A stretch of 64,000 bases of DNA from an uncultured Acidobacteriota bacterium. GTDB taxonomy: Bacteria > Acidobacteriota > UBA6911. Of the stretch, positions 48,059 through 57,284 are shown one piece after another. The notes beneath the pieces were generated by a model, which saw only the letters and a list, made by a program, of their open reading frames with translations, was not told where the DNA came from and searched no databases. Numbering within the stretch: position 1 is the first letter of the stretch; each line of letters opens with the position of its first letter. Position numbers and translations under genes: made by a program. Location: NCBI GenBank assembly GCA_963809485.1, contig CAWEJX010000008.1, forward strand, positions 64,001-128,000, in the 5' to 3' direction.

Positions 48059-49765
48059 TCACGGGGAATTCCGGGCGATCGAGGGCCCTTTGGGTTCCGC
48101 GGCGGCTGTGGTCATTCGAACGAGAGTTTCCGTGCTAACCAGCCCGCTTTGAGCCAGCGACCGCGCGCCTTGAAACTTTATGACGCGCTTCCGCAGGTCC
48201 TCATCGTAAAGGTCCGAAGCCGAAGGATCCGCTAGCTTCCCCTCCCATTGATCCAAGGCCTGGCGCACCCATCGAACTTCCTCGCCCCGGCTTCCGGGGG
48301 AGAGATTACGCGCTGCAAAAGGGGGCTTCCAGATCATAATTATCGAGCCGTCCCACAACTCATTGATCTCCGAGAGCCGGCAGGCGTATGTCCGGTCCCC
48401 GATCGAAATCTTCGCCGTTTCCGTTCCCAATCCCAGAAGTGTTACGCGGTGCCGCGTTCCGTCGGGCAATTCCAGTTCCAGTATTGCGGGCAGATCGTAT
48501 CGGCGGAGCTTTGCCCAATTGCCCGCCAGGAAGAGGCATTCGAATCCATGGGCGCGCGCCACCCTGCATCCATAATCCGAAGGACCCAGGGAAATTTCCG
48601 CCCCCCAGCGTGCGAACAGGCTGGTAAAGCTGTCTCGCGCTTTGCCGCGCAAAGCCGGATTGCCGAGAACTTCGGCCAGGCTTGGACCGGCGGGCGGCGC
48701 AGGCTTGGGAGGCGCAGCCGCAGGCGGAAGCGCAACAATATCCGGTTTCAGGTTTTCCGCCGCAGCCGACGGGAGAACGGGCACGGGCGCGATCGCGGGG
48801 GATATTGCGCTGCCGGAATTTTCGGACTTCACTGCTGCCGCTGGACGTTGGCCCCGATAGCCGGGTGATTTCAGGAAAACCATGATTCCAGCCAGGACCA
48901 AAGCCAGCGCCAGGATTCCTGCCACCCATTCAGGCTGGATCTTACGATACCAGGGGATGATTCCCTGCGTTTCACGGGCAGCGCGGCGGACGATACCCGC
49001 GCTGACCGCCTTTTTGTCCGAAGCGTAGGTGCCGAGCAGAGCCCGGTCGCAGATAATGTTTATCAGGCGCGGGCTGCCTCGGGAAAGCCGATATACCCGG
49101 CGCATTGCCCGGGACGCAAAGAGCGGTTCCCGCCCGCCTGCAACTGCCAAACGGTGTTGGATATAGGCATAGGTTTCACGCCGGGATAGAGCTTCCAGGT
49201 GATACCGGGCCGTGATCCGCTGGGTCAGCTGCCGAAGCCCTTTGCGTTTCAGAATGGACAACAGTTCCGGCTGGCCGAGCAGGATTATCTGGAGGAGTTT
49301 CTCCCGTGAGGTTTCCAGGTTTGTCAGAAGCCGGATCTGCTCCAGAACATCCATGTCGAGATTTTGAGCTTCATCGATAATAAGCACCGTGCGGCGACGA
49401 CGGGAATGGGACTCGAGCAGATGCCGGTTCAGCGCATCGATAAGAAGTTTGATGCTCGCCTTTTCCGCCGGGTGGGGCATCCCAAGCTCGTCGCAGACGG
49501 TCTCGAGCAGTTCGGACGCCGTAAGGCGGGGATTCAGGATAAGGGCGACGTCCGTGTCGGGAGGCATCTGTTTGACAAGGCAGCGGCACAATGTGGTTTT
49601 TCCGGCCCCTATTTCCCCCGTAAGCTGAACGAAGCCGCCCGAAGCCTGCACTCCATAAAAAAGGTGTGCAAGCCCCTCCCGGTGCCGCTCGCTCATATAG
49701 AGAAACCGCGGATCGGGAGTCAGCGAAAAGGGAGGCTCATTCAGCTTGAAATATTCGAGATACAT
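48059..49765 (-). CDS. ExeA/GspA-like AAA ATPase with peptidoglycan-binding domain
   Basis: MYLEYFKLNEPPFSLTPDPRF, TGEIGAGKTT, IIDEAQNL, GQPEL, TM, C-terminal PG-binding (VIKFQ...GLV). Start 49765 or 49792. Confidence 0.9.
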   Translation of the reverse strand: MYLEYFKLNEPPFSLTPDPRFLYMSERHREGLAHLFYGVQASGGFVQLTGEIGAGKTTLCRCLVKQMPPDTDVALILNPRLTASELLETVCDELGMPHPAEKASIKLLIDALNRHLLESHSRRRRTVLIIDEAQNLDMDVLEQIRLLTNLETSREKLLQIILLGQPELLSILKRKGLRQLTQRITARYHLEALSRRETYAYIQHRLAVAGGREPLFASRAMRRVYRLSRGSPRLINIICDRALLGTYASDKKAVSAGIVRRAARETQGIIPWYRKIQPEWVAGILALALVLAGIMVFLKSPGYRGQRPAAAVKSENSGSAISPAIAPVPVLPSAAAENLKPDIVALPPAAAPPKPAPPAGPSLAEVLGNPALRGKARDSFTSLFARWGAEISLGPSDYGCRVARAHGFECLFLAGNWAKLRRYDLPAILELELPDGTRHRVTLLGLGTETAKISIGDRTYACRLSEINELWDGSIIMIWKPPFAARNLSPGSRGEEVRWVRQALDQWEGKLADPSASDLYDEDLRKRVIKFQGARSLAQSGLVSTETLVRMTTAAAEPKGPSIARNSP

Positions 49766-50209
49766 GCATGTGTTACTGGACGCCGTTGCCATTGAGTGCC
49801 GTATAGCTTTCCGCTTCCTGAAGACAATGCCGGCGATGCAGCCGGCTTTCCCCACGGTCTTGCGCAGAATATACCAAAGAGAAGCATACTTCGTAAAACA
49901 TTGATTTGGGCTCCTCTTATGCAAAAAACAGCGCAAACTGCGCGAAACACGACTCAATCCGTAAAGCCGGCAACCGCCCTGAATCCGTGCCGGATCGCCC
50001 GCGTTGTTCTGCGCACTTTCCAGAGTCTGCGGGCATTCGCTGATCCTGAGAGGACAAATCCCGCGGGTTTCCTGCAAAGTGATAGGAATAGGGACGAAAA
50101 CATGAAAGTATCCATGACCGGCCAGGTGCGAGATTCAGTTTGGAAAATGGAGGCATTCGTGCTAATTGATGAACAGCGGTTAAATCCATTCGGGAGAGGA
50201 GCCGGAAAA

Positions 50210-50725
50210 ATGAATCTTGAAAATGCAATACAGATGGCCCTGAAATATGAAGGCGGTGTCCACCGGATATACCTCGAGGCGATGAAAAAAACCTCCGACA
50301 ATTCCGCCAAGCGCATTTTCGAGCAATTGTGCCGGGAGGAAAGGAGTCACCTGGCTTATTTACGGGAACGCCTGGACGAGTGGCATAAAGAGGGAAAAAT
50401 CCACGTGAAGAAGCTGGGGACATCAATCCCTGCGCGTGCGGTAATAGAAAAAAGCCTGAAGGACCTGGGCAAAACCGTAAAGCCGAAGCCTACCCGGCGG
50501 CTGCTGGAACTCAAATTGCTGAGACAGGCGCTGGCCGCGGAGGTCAAAACCTCCACCTTCTTTAAAAAAATGGTCCAGACGCTTGATGCCGAGGGGCAGA
50601 AGATGTTCCAGCGCTTCGTGGAGATAGAGGAAGGCCATGAAGCCATCGTTCAGGCTGAAATAGACAGCATGACCAATTTGGGGTTCTGGTTCGACACACC
50701 CGAATTCCGTCTGGAGATGGAATAG
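50210..50725 (+). CDS. Rubrerythrin/ferritin-like family protein
   Basis: Duplicated ExxxxxxY/F...EExxH motifs (REERSH, IEEGH). Start ATG 50210 after GAGGAG. Confidence 0.85.
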   Translation: MNLENAIQMALKYEGGVHRIYLEAMKKTSDNSAKRIFEQLCREERSHLAYLRERLDEWHKEGKIHVKKLGTSIPARAVIEKSLKDLGKTVKPKPTRRLLELKLLRQALAAEVKTSTFFKKMVQTLDAEGQKMFQRFVEIEEGHEAIVQAEIDSMTNLGFWFDTPEFRLEME

Positions 50726-50780
50726 CGCGCTGCCGGAGGAGCGACGGAGCCTCCCCACAACCGGCCTGATTCGCGTGACG

Positions 50781-52856
50781 TTATCCTGAGGCAACGATAA
50801 GGTGAAATGCGGCGCCCTTCCCGCGCGCGGTCTCGATTTCCATCCGCCCCCCGATCAAGTCCAGCCTCTCCCGTATGCTGAATAATCCAAATCCGCCGCC
50901 CCCGGGAACTGGCGAAGGGATCGGAGGGGGATCAAACCCGCATCCCTGATCCGCTACCGTCACACGCATTTCCCCATCCCTGCAGGCTACCTGTATCTTC
51001 GCCGACTTCACTCCCGAATGCTTGACCACGTTAAAAAGCAGCTCCCGCACGGCCTCGAATAGAAGTATCCGCACTTCATCTCTGACACCACCGATTTCTC
51101 CGGATGCATCGACTTTTACAGAAAGGCTGTGTTTCTGCTTTGCCCATCGGCCGAGCCATTCCAGCGCAGGCACCAGTCCTGCGCCCTGGAGGATGGGCGG
51201 GCTGAGTTCAGCGGTCAACGATCTGGAAGCCTCGATACAGTCGTTTAAAATCTTGTCCAGATCGGAGGCAGCCTGGTTCAGCCGTTCACCCGACAGCTTT
51301 CCCAGGCTGGCAACGCGAAATTTGGCACCCACAAGGAGCTGTTGCATATGGTCATGGAGAATTTTTGCCAGCCGCTGCCTTTCCCGCTGCTCCGTCTGAG
51401 TTAATTCTATGGCAAGCGCCCGCAACTGAGCGGTACGCTGCTCCAGGTTCGCCGTACGCTCCCTAACCCGATCCTCCAGCTTCTCGTTGACGGACAGAAG
51501 CTTTTCGTTGGCGCGATGCAACGCAGCCTCGCTTTTGCGCAGCGCCTCCTCCGCCTGCCGGCGCTCCAGTTCGCCGGCAGCCCGGACGGCCACTACCTGC
51601 AGGATAGATGCAGCGAGTTGCGGATCCGCCAGCGGCTTCCGCCCGATGACGGCAATGAGCCCGATCGGTTTCCCCTGGGAACCCCACAGAGTTGTCCCGA
51701 CATAGCTCTCAGCCGGAATTTCCTGCAGCACCGCGTCCTTCGGGAACAGATTTCGAACATTGGAGGCAAAACAGCAAACCGTTTTTCCGACAACGTCTCC
51801 ACAGGGAGTATCCCTCAAGGTGTAAGAGACATTGTTTTCGAGTTTTCCGTCATAGCATACGGCGACAGTTTCGGCGGCTAAGAGGTCATCCTTAAGCCGG
51901 TCGATACAGACATAATCCATGCTCAGGCTGTCTGCCAGGTAACGCGCCAGGGCCTGGAAAAAATCCTCACGGCTCCGGCCGACGCCGCAATCCACAAGGA
52001 ATCTGAGCGCGTCGTCCACGCGCTTGTGCTCGGTAATGTCCATCGCCGCTCCACTGATACCCAGGATTTCACCCTGCCCGCTGCGCCATGGCTCAACGGT
52101 GATATCCCACCAGCTGGGCAAACCGTTGATAGGCGTGTTCACCTCCTTACGCGCGCCGACGCCGCTTTCCATGACACGCTGCTTTAATTCCGTTAAGGGT
52201 CCGGCGTATTCGGACGGCATCAGGTCGGCGTCCGTTTTGCCCACGATCATCTCCGGACTGTATTCGGGGTGCGGATTGTGGATCCATGTATACCGCAAAT
52301 CCCGGTCCTGCTGGAACACGGCAATCGGCTTATTCAGCAGCGCAAGGCGGAACCGGGCTTCACTTTCACGCAGGGCTTCATCTGCCCGTCGTCTTGCATC
52401 GGCCAGTTTAGCCTGGATTTCAGCCTTGGCAGCGCGGACTTTGGCGCGGTGCATGGCCTCACAAACCCATGTGATCATGGCTCCACCAGCAACAAAGACC
52501 GCGACAGCCAGCCAGTCCGACGGGTCATGGACAAAGATAAAGCGGTTCTCGGGATTATGCCAGAATACGGGAGTTGCCGCGGCTGCCAGAGCGGTGGCCA
52601 GGATGCCCGGGATGACACCGCCATAAAGCGCCGCAAAAATCACCGCAGGATAAAAGGTCACGTAGGGAGCGCGTGTGTCCAGGGAGCCCAACAAAGTGAT
52701 TCGCAGGAATACGCCAGCAGCCACCAGTAGAAATGCAACCACGCAGCCCAGCCATATTTTGGGGCGCGAATCAGCCATCTCGTGCTCATCGGTTTGGACC
52801 TGCCCAACCGAAGATTCCGGGGGAGCATTCGTGCTATCAGGTTTCTTGTCAATCAT
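50781..52856 (-). CDS. Membrane sensor histidine kinase (DUF4118-like TM, PAS, GAF, HisKA_3/HATPase)
   Basis: ERQRLAKILHDHMQQ, ELLFNVVKHS, DQGCGFD, GFGLFSIRER. Confidence 0.9.
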   Translation of the reverse strand: MIDKKPDSTNAPPESSVGQVQTDEHEMADSRPKIWLGCVVAFLLVAAGVFLRITLLGSLDTRAPYVTFYPAVIFAALYGGVIPGILATALAAAATPVFWHNPENRFIFVHDPSDWLAVAVFVAGGAMITWVCEAMHRAKVRAAKAEIQAKLADARRRADEALRESEARFRLALLNKPIAVFQQDRDLRYTWIHNPHPEYSPEMIVGKTDADLMPSEYAGPLTELKQRVMESGVGARKEVNTPINGLPSWWDITVEPWRSGQGEILGISGAAMDITEHKRVDDALRFLVDCGVGRSREDFFQALARYLADSLSMDYVCIDRLKDDLLAAETVAVCYDGKLENNVSYTLRDTPCGDVVGKTVCCFASNVRNLFPKDAVLQEIPAESYVGTTLWGSQGKPIGLIAVIGRKPLADPQLAASILQVVAVRAAGELERRQAEEALRKSEAALHRANEKLLSVNEKLEDRVRERTANLEQRTAQLRALAIELTQTEQRERQRLAKILHDHMQQLLVGAKFRVASLGKLSGERLNQAASDLDKILNDCIEASRSLTAELSPPILQGAGLVPALEWLGRWAKQKHSLSVKVDASGEIGGVRDEVRILLFEAVRELLFNVVKHSGVKSAKIQVACRDGEMRVTVADQGCGFDPPPIPSPVPGGGGFGLFSIRERLDLIGGRMEIETARGKGAAFHLIVASG

Positions 52857-53074
52857 GCCCCCCCCATTTATTCATAGAAAAGGCCTTGGCAGACCGGCCT
52901 GGCCTGCCTATCCATGGCAATCCAGGCAGCAGTAAAGAAGGCCGCAGCTCCCGGGAATCCTGCAAATCCAATCCTATCTCAAAGGTCCTGCCCTTTCCCG
53001 GTTCCTATGATTTTACAGACTTGGGATCGCACGGTGCAATCCCCTAATCCCGGCCTCAAATCCTGAAGGATGGT

Positions 53075-53261
53075 AGTCAGGCTTGAAAGATTGGAACCGC
53101 TCAAAGCGGTTGGAGGAGTTACGCCGGTTTTGAATGCTGACTTACGCCGAACAAATCGGCGTATGTCAGCGCTTTTATCAGCGTTTCTCAGCGTCTCAAA
53201 ATAAGGAGCTGTCAAACTCTTTGAGCCTCCCGGCAGAGCCGGGGGGTTACCAGTGTAATTA
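53075..53261. mobile_element. Copy 4 (shortest near-complete) of the IS200/IS605-like element
   Basis: AGTCAG-GCTTGAAAGATTGGAACCGCTCAAAGCGG ... CCCGGCAGAGCCGGGGGGTTACCAGTGTAATTA. The outer right-end hairpin of copy 2 is missing. Confidence 0.8.
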
Positions 53262-53348
53262 GGCTGCCGTCGATGAATACTTGGGTTCCGGAATGCCAGT
53301 GTTTTGGTTTAGAATTAAAGCGAATTCTACCAGTATCCAGGAGGCATC

Positions 53349-54218
53349 ATGAAAATATTGCTGAGGCTTGCAATCGCCGTTGGGTTGATTTTGTTTGTGA
53401 TGGGAGCAGGATTTTCCCAGCAACAGTCTGCAATCACTGCCGAGAAAATTGCGGAAAACATATACATCGTCAGGGGCGGAGTGGCAAACACGGGGTTTAT
53501 CGTCGGCGAAAAGGAAGTGGCTGCCATCGATGCCCAGATGACGGCTGACGCTGCGCAAAAGATGCTCGACGAGATCCGGAGAGTTACTTCAAAGCAGCTC
53601 ACGAAGGTGATTCTGACGCACAGCGATGGGGATCACGTCAACGGCCTGACAGGCTTTCCCCGCGGCCTTGAGATTCTGTCCAGCGTTCAGGCCAAAAATG
53701 AAATGGCGGAATCGATCAAGGAACCAAACTCGCAGGCGCTCGAACCATATCTGCCTACTCGCACCTTTGCGCAAAAAATGGATTTCGACATCGCGCCCGT
53801 ACACGTGCAATTGCTCTATTTCGGGCCGGCGCACACCAGCGGCGACATCGTCGTTTTTTTCCCGGGCAGCAAACTGGCGTTCGTCGGCGACCTCGTTTTT
53901 ATCGGGCGCGATCCCTTGATCCACCGTTCGAAGGGCGGCACATCCGGCGGCCTGATCAAGACGCTGAAATCGATCCTGGAACTCGAAGCCGACAAATATG
54001 TCCCGGGACACGGCAACCTATTGACCAAAATCGATATCGAGACCTGCCTGAAAAACCTTGAGGAGAAGCACGACAAAGTCCAATCCCTGGTGAAGGAAGG
54101 AAAGTCGCTGGCCGAGGTCAAAAAGGCATTCGGAATTCCTGATGCGCCGGCCAAGCCCGGCGGCATGAGTTTCCCAAGCCTCGTCGAGGTGATGTATCTC
54201 GAGATGTCGGCGAAATAG
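53349..54218 (+). CDS. Secreted MBL-fold metallo-hydrolase
   Basis: Signal peptide, THSDGDHVNG, AHTSGD, PGHG. GGAGG RBS. Confidence 0.87.
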   Translation: MKILLRLAIAVGLILFVMGAGFSQQQSAITAEKIAENIYIVRGGVANTGFIVGEKEVAAIDAQMTADAAQKMLDEIRRVTSKQLTKVILTHSDGDHVNGLTGFPRGLEILSSVQAKNEMAESIKEPNSQALEPYLPTRTFAQKMDFDIAPVHVQLLYFGPAHTSGDIVVFFPGSKLAFVGDLVFIGRDPLIHRSKGGTSGGLIKTLKSILELEADKYVPGHGNLLTKIDIETCLKNLEEKHDKVQSLVKEGKSLAEVKKAFGIPDAPAKPGGMSFPSLVEVMYLEMSAK

Positions 54219-54251
54219 GCCGCCGGTCGATAGACACGCCGGGCTCTCCAC

Positions 54252-54493
54252 CTAATTGGTTTCTTTCGCGAAACTCGGGGTTTGCAGGGAAACCGGATTT
54301 TATAGCATCGATTGGATATTTGATATTACATAGAAGCCGGAAATTGGCGCCGGGCCGCATAGCGGCCAGTTGAATTTAGCCAGGCCTTTTAAGGCCTGGG
54401 TCTAGAAGGATTAGGTTTTCCGTTGCGTAGCGACGGCTGAATCTCAGGCGTCGCTACGCAGCGCAAACCGGTTTCGCGACAGAAACTATTTAG
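54252..54493. mobile_element. TIR-bounded MITE with REP-like palindromes (copy B)
   Basis: 23-bp imperfect TIR CTAATTGGTTTCTTTCGCGAAAC / GTTTCGCGACAGAAACTATTTAG (20/23). Internal CCAGGCCTTTTAAGGCCTGG and GCGTAGCGACG...CGTCGCTACGC. Confidence 0.78.
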
Positions 54494-54506
54494 AGGTTAC
54501 ACACCT

Positions 54507-55463
54507 TTGGAAAGGCAAATTACCGGGAAGGTCTACGATATACAGGGATTTTCATTGCAGGACGGGCCCGGGATAAGGACAACGGTTTTTTTAAAAGGAT
54601 GCCCCCTGCGCTGTCCCTGGTGTCACAGCCCCGAGTCTCAGCAGTTTTACGCGCAGCTGAGCTGGATTGCGATGCGGTGCGTCGGCATGGCCAAGTGCGG
54701 GAAGTGTCTCCCCGCATGCACCAAAGGAGCGATTTCCCGCGGCAAGGTGACCCGGCACGCGGCGACTCAGGAGGAAATCCAGCACATTCGCATCGATCGA
54801 TCCCTCTGCAATAATTGCGGCGATTGCGCATCGGTCTGTTATCCGAAATCGCTCTATATCTGCGGAACGGATTATACCGTCGAAGATCTGGTCAGCCGCG
54901 TGAGCAAAGACATGTCATTCTACGAAAACTCCGGCGGCGGAGTTACGGTTTCCGGCGGAGAACCCCTGTGCCAGCCCGAGTTCACTCTCGGGCTGCTCAA
55001 ACGCCTGAAGGAGCGCGGAATTCACACCGCGCTGGACACGACCGGCTTCGGCAAATACGAAGTGATTGAGCCCATGCTGCCCTACACGGATTTGTTCCTG
55101 TACGACCTGAAGCACATGGACAGCCATCAACACAAGGCGGCGACAGGCGTTGGCAACGAGCTGATCCTGGAAAATGCGCGCAAAATTGCGCAAGCAGGGG
55201 CCAAAATGCAGGTCCGAATACCTGTCATCCCGGATTTCAACGATTCGGAAGAGAGCATCCGGGAGATAGGAATGTTTTGCAAATCGCTCGGAAATGCGGT
55301 TGATGTCATACAGCTTCTTCCCTATCACAATCTGGGGGTTATGAAGTACCAGAGGATCGATGAAAGCGGAATCGTTCTGGAAGCCGATCCCCCCTCCGAT
55401 GAAACAATCGGCCGGTTGAAGAAGCTTCTGGAAGACCTGGATCTGCCCGTCACTGTTCATTGA
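54507..55463 (+). CDS. Glycyl-radical enzyme activating protein (with ferredoxin-like insert)
   Basis: DGPGIRTTVFLKGCPLRCPWCHSPE, extra Cys clusters, GGVTVSGGEP, LLPYH. TTG start. Confidence 0.92.
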   Translation: MERQITGKVYDIQGFSLQDGPGIRTTVFLKGCPLRCPWCHSPESQQFYAQLSWIAMRCVGMAKCGKCLPACTKGAISRGKVTRHAATQEEIQHIRIDRSLCNNCGDCASVCYPKSLYICGTDYTVEDLVSRVSKDMSFYENSGGGVTVSGGEPLCQPEFTLGLLKRLKERGIHTALDTTGFGKYEVIEPMLPYTDLFLYDLKHMDSHQHKAATGVGNELILENARKIAQAGAKMQVRIPVIPDFNDSEESIREIGMFCKSLGNAVDVIQLLPYHNLGVMKYQRIDESGIVLEADPPSDETIGRLKKLLEDLDLPVTVH

Positions 55464-55756
55464 TCCGCAACCGGGCGGGGATACAATCACCAGAGTCCCC
55501 CTTTCCCCAACGCTGACTTCCAAAACGAGGACGAGGCAAGGAATTTGGGCCCTTTATTTAATGAAGCCAATAATTAGCCATTGTCATTATCTCTCATATT
55601 TCATCTTGAATTTGCCTTGTTTTAGGCCGAAAATTACCAATTTTATCCAAACCAAGTTTAATGTCTGTGTAGATCGGGATTGCTGCTTTTCCTGGAATTT
55701 TCTCCGCGCTTCAAGGAGAAAATACCCAGACTTCACTCGTTGAGGACAGACCGGAC

Positions 55757-57268
55757 ATGCCCAAGATTATCGACATCACCGAACTTATTCTACGCGATGC
55801 GCATCAGAGTGTAATGGCTACGCGCATGGCGACCGAAGACATGGCCCCCGCGTGCGCGGATATTGACCAGGCAGGCTTCTGGTCCGTCGAGTGTTGGGGC
55901 GGCGCGACGTTTGACTCCTGCATACGGTTTCTCAATGAGGATCCGTGGGAACGCCTGCGCACCTTTCGCAAGCTCATGCCCAATACGCGCCTGCAAATGC
56001 TGCTGCGCGGGCAGAACCTGCTCGGCTACCGCCACTATGAAGATACGGTGGTGGACCGCTTCGTCGAGAAGGCGGCGGAAAACGGCATCGACGTGTTCCG
56101 CATTTTCGACGCCTTGAACGACATTCGCAATGTCCAGCGCGCCATCGCGGCCGTAAAGCGGACCGGCAAACATGCCCAGGGCGCGATCTCCTATACCGTC
56201 AGCCCGCTGCACACCATCCGGGGTTTCGTGGAAATGGCGGAGAAACTCGCGGGGCTTGGCTGCGATTCCATCTGCATCAAGGACATGGCGGCCCTGCTCA
56301 AGCCCCAGCCGGCCTACGATCTCGTCAAGGCCATCAAGGAAGCCTGCGGCAAATCCATGCGCGTTCAGGTCCACGTGCACGCCACTACCGGTGTGACCAT
56401 GGTCAGCCTGATGAAGGCGATCGAGGCCGGCGCAGACGGCGTGGACACCGCAATCAGCTCGCTCAGCCTCGGCCCCGGCCACAATCCCACGGAAAGCCTG
56501 GTGGAAATGCTCGAAGGAACAGGCTTCGACACACGCATCGACAAAAAGCGTCTACTGAAGATCAAGAAACATTTCAACACCATCGGCCCCCGCTACAGGG
56601 AATTCCTCTCCAACATCACCGGCGTGGATACTGAAATTTTCGAAAGCCAGATTCCGGGCGGTATGCTCTCCAACATGGAAAGCCAGCTGAAGCAGCAGAA
56701 AGCCGCCGATCGCATGGACGAGGTGCTGGCCGAAGTGCCGAAAGTGCGCAAAATATCGGGATTCCCGCCGCTGGTCACACCTACGAGCCAGATCGTGGGA
56801 ACCCAGGCAGTCTTCAATGTGCTGATGGGGCCTTACAAGGTGATGACGGGGGAGTTCGCCGACCTGATGCTGGGCTACTACGGCGAAACCATCGGGCCCC
56901 GGGACCCGGAAGTGATCGAGCTTGCAAACAAACAGACCGGCAAGCCCCCGATCACGTGCCGGCCTGCGGATCTCCTCAAGCCGGAGTGGCAAGACCTGCG
57001 TGAAGCGGCGCTGGAATTGCCGGGCTGTAACGGCTCCGACGAGGACGTGCTCACCTTCGCCATGTTCCCGCAGGTGGCACCCAAATTCTTTTCTACCCGC
57101 AGCGAGGGTCCGAAAAACCTGGGCAAGGATCCCAACGCGCAGCCGGCCCCGTCTCAGAGTGCGCCCGGCTCATCCCAGGACAGCGGCAAGGGTCCCGTTC
57201 GCGCAACGATTACGTACGACGTCAAACTGGGCGGAAATACTCACAGGGTAACGGTTTCGCCGGCATAG
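55757..57268 (+). CDS. Methylmalonyl-CoA carboxytransferase (transcarboxylase) 5S subunit
   Basis: TELILRDAHQS.MATRM..EDM..ACADID.AG.WSVECWGGATFDSCIRFLNEDPWERLRTFRKLMPN closely resembles the Propionibacterium 5S subunit. No fused biotin domain. Confidence 0.88.
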   Translation: MPKIIDITELILRDAHQSVMATRMATEDMAPACADIDQAGFWSVECWGGATFDSCIRFLNEDPWERLRTFRKLMPNTRLQMLLRGQNLLGYRHYEDTVVDRFVEKAAENGIDVFRIFDALNDIRNVQRAIAAVKRTGKHAQGAISYTVSPLHTIRGFVEMAEKLAGLGCDSICIKDMAALLKPQPAYDLVKAIKEACGKSMRVQVHVHATTGVTMVSLMKAIEAGADGVDTAISSLSLGPGHNPTESLVEMLEGTGFDTRIDKKRLLKIKKHFNTIGPRYREFLSNITGVDTEIFESQIPGGMLSNMESQLKQQKAADRMDEVLAEVPKVRKISGFPPLVTPTSQIVGTQAVFNVLMGPYKVMTGEFADLMLGYYGETIGPRDPEVIELANKQTGKPPITCRPADLLKPEWQDLREAALELPGCNGSDEDVLTFAMFPQVAPKFFSTRSEGPKNLGKDPNAQPAPSQSAPGSSQDSGKGPVRATITYDVKLGGNTHRVTVSPA

Positions 57269-57284
57269 GTCAGGAGTTGAGAAG

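Noticed and set aside
49796-50209. Long N-terminal extension of the rubrerythrin-like ORF (likewise extensions on lpxD, pal, cpoB, tsaB, exeA)
   Set aside because: Recognisable homology, and in most cases an RBS, begins at a downstream start. The extensions cross intergenic or promoter DNA.
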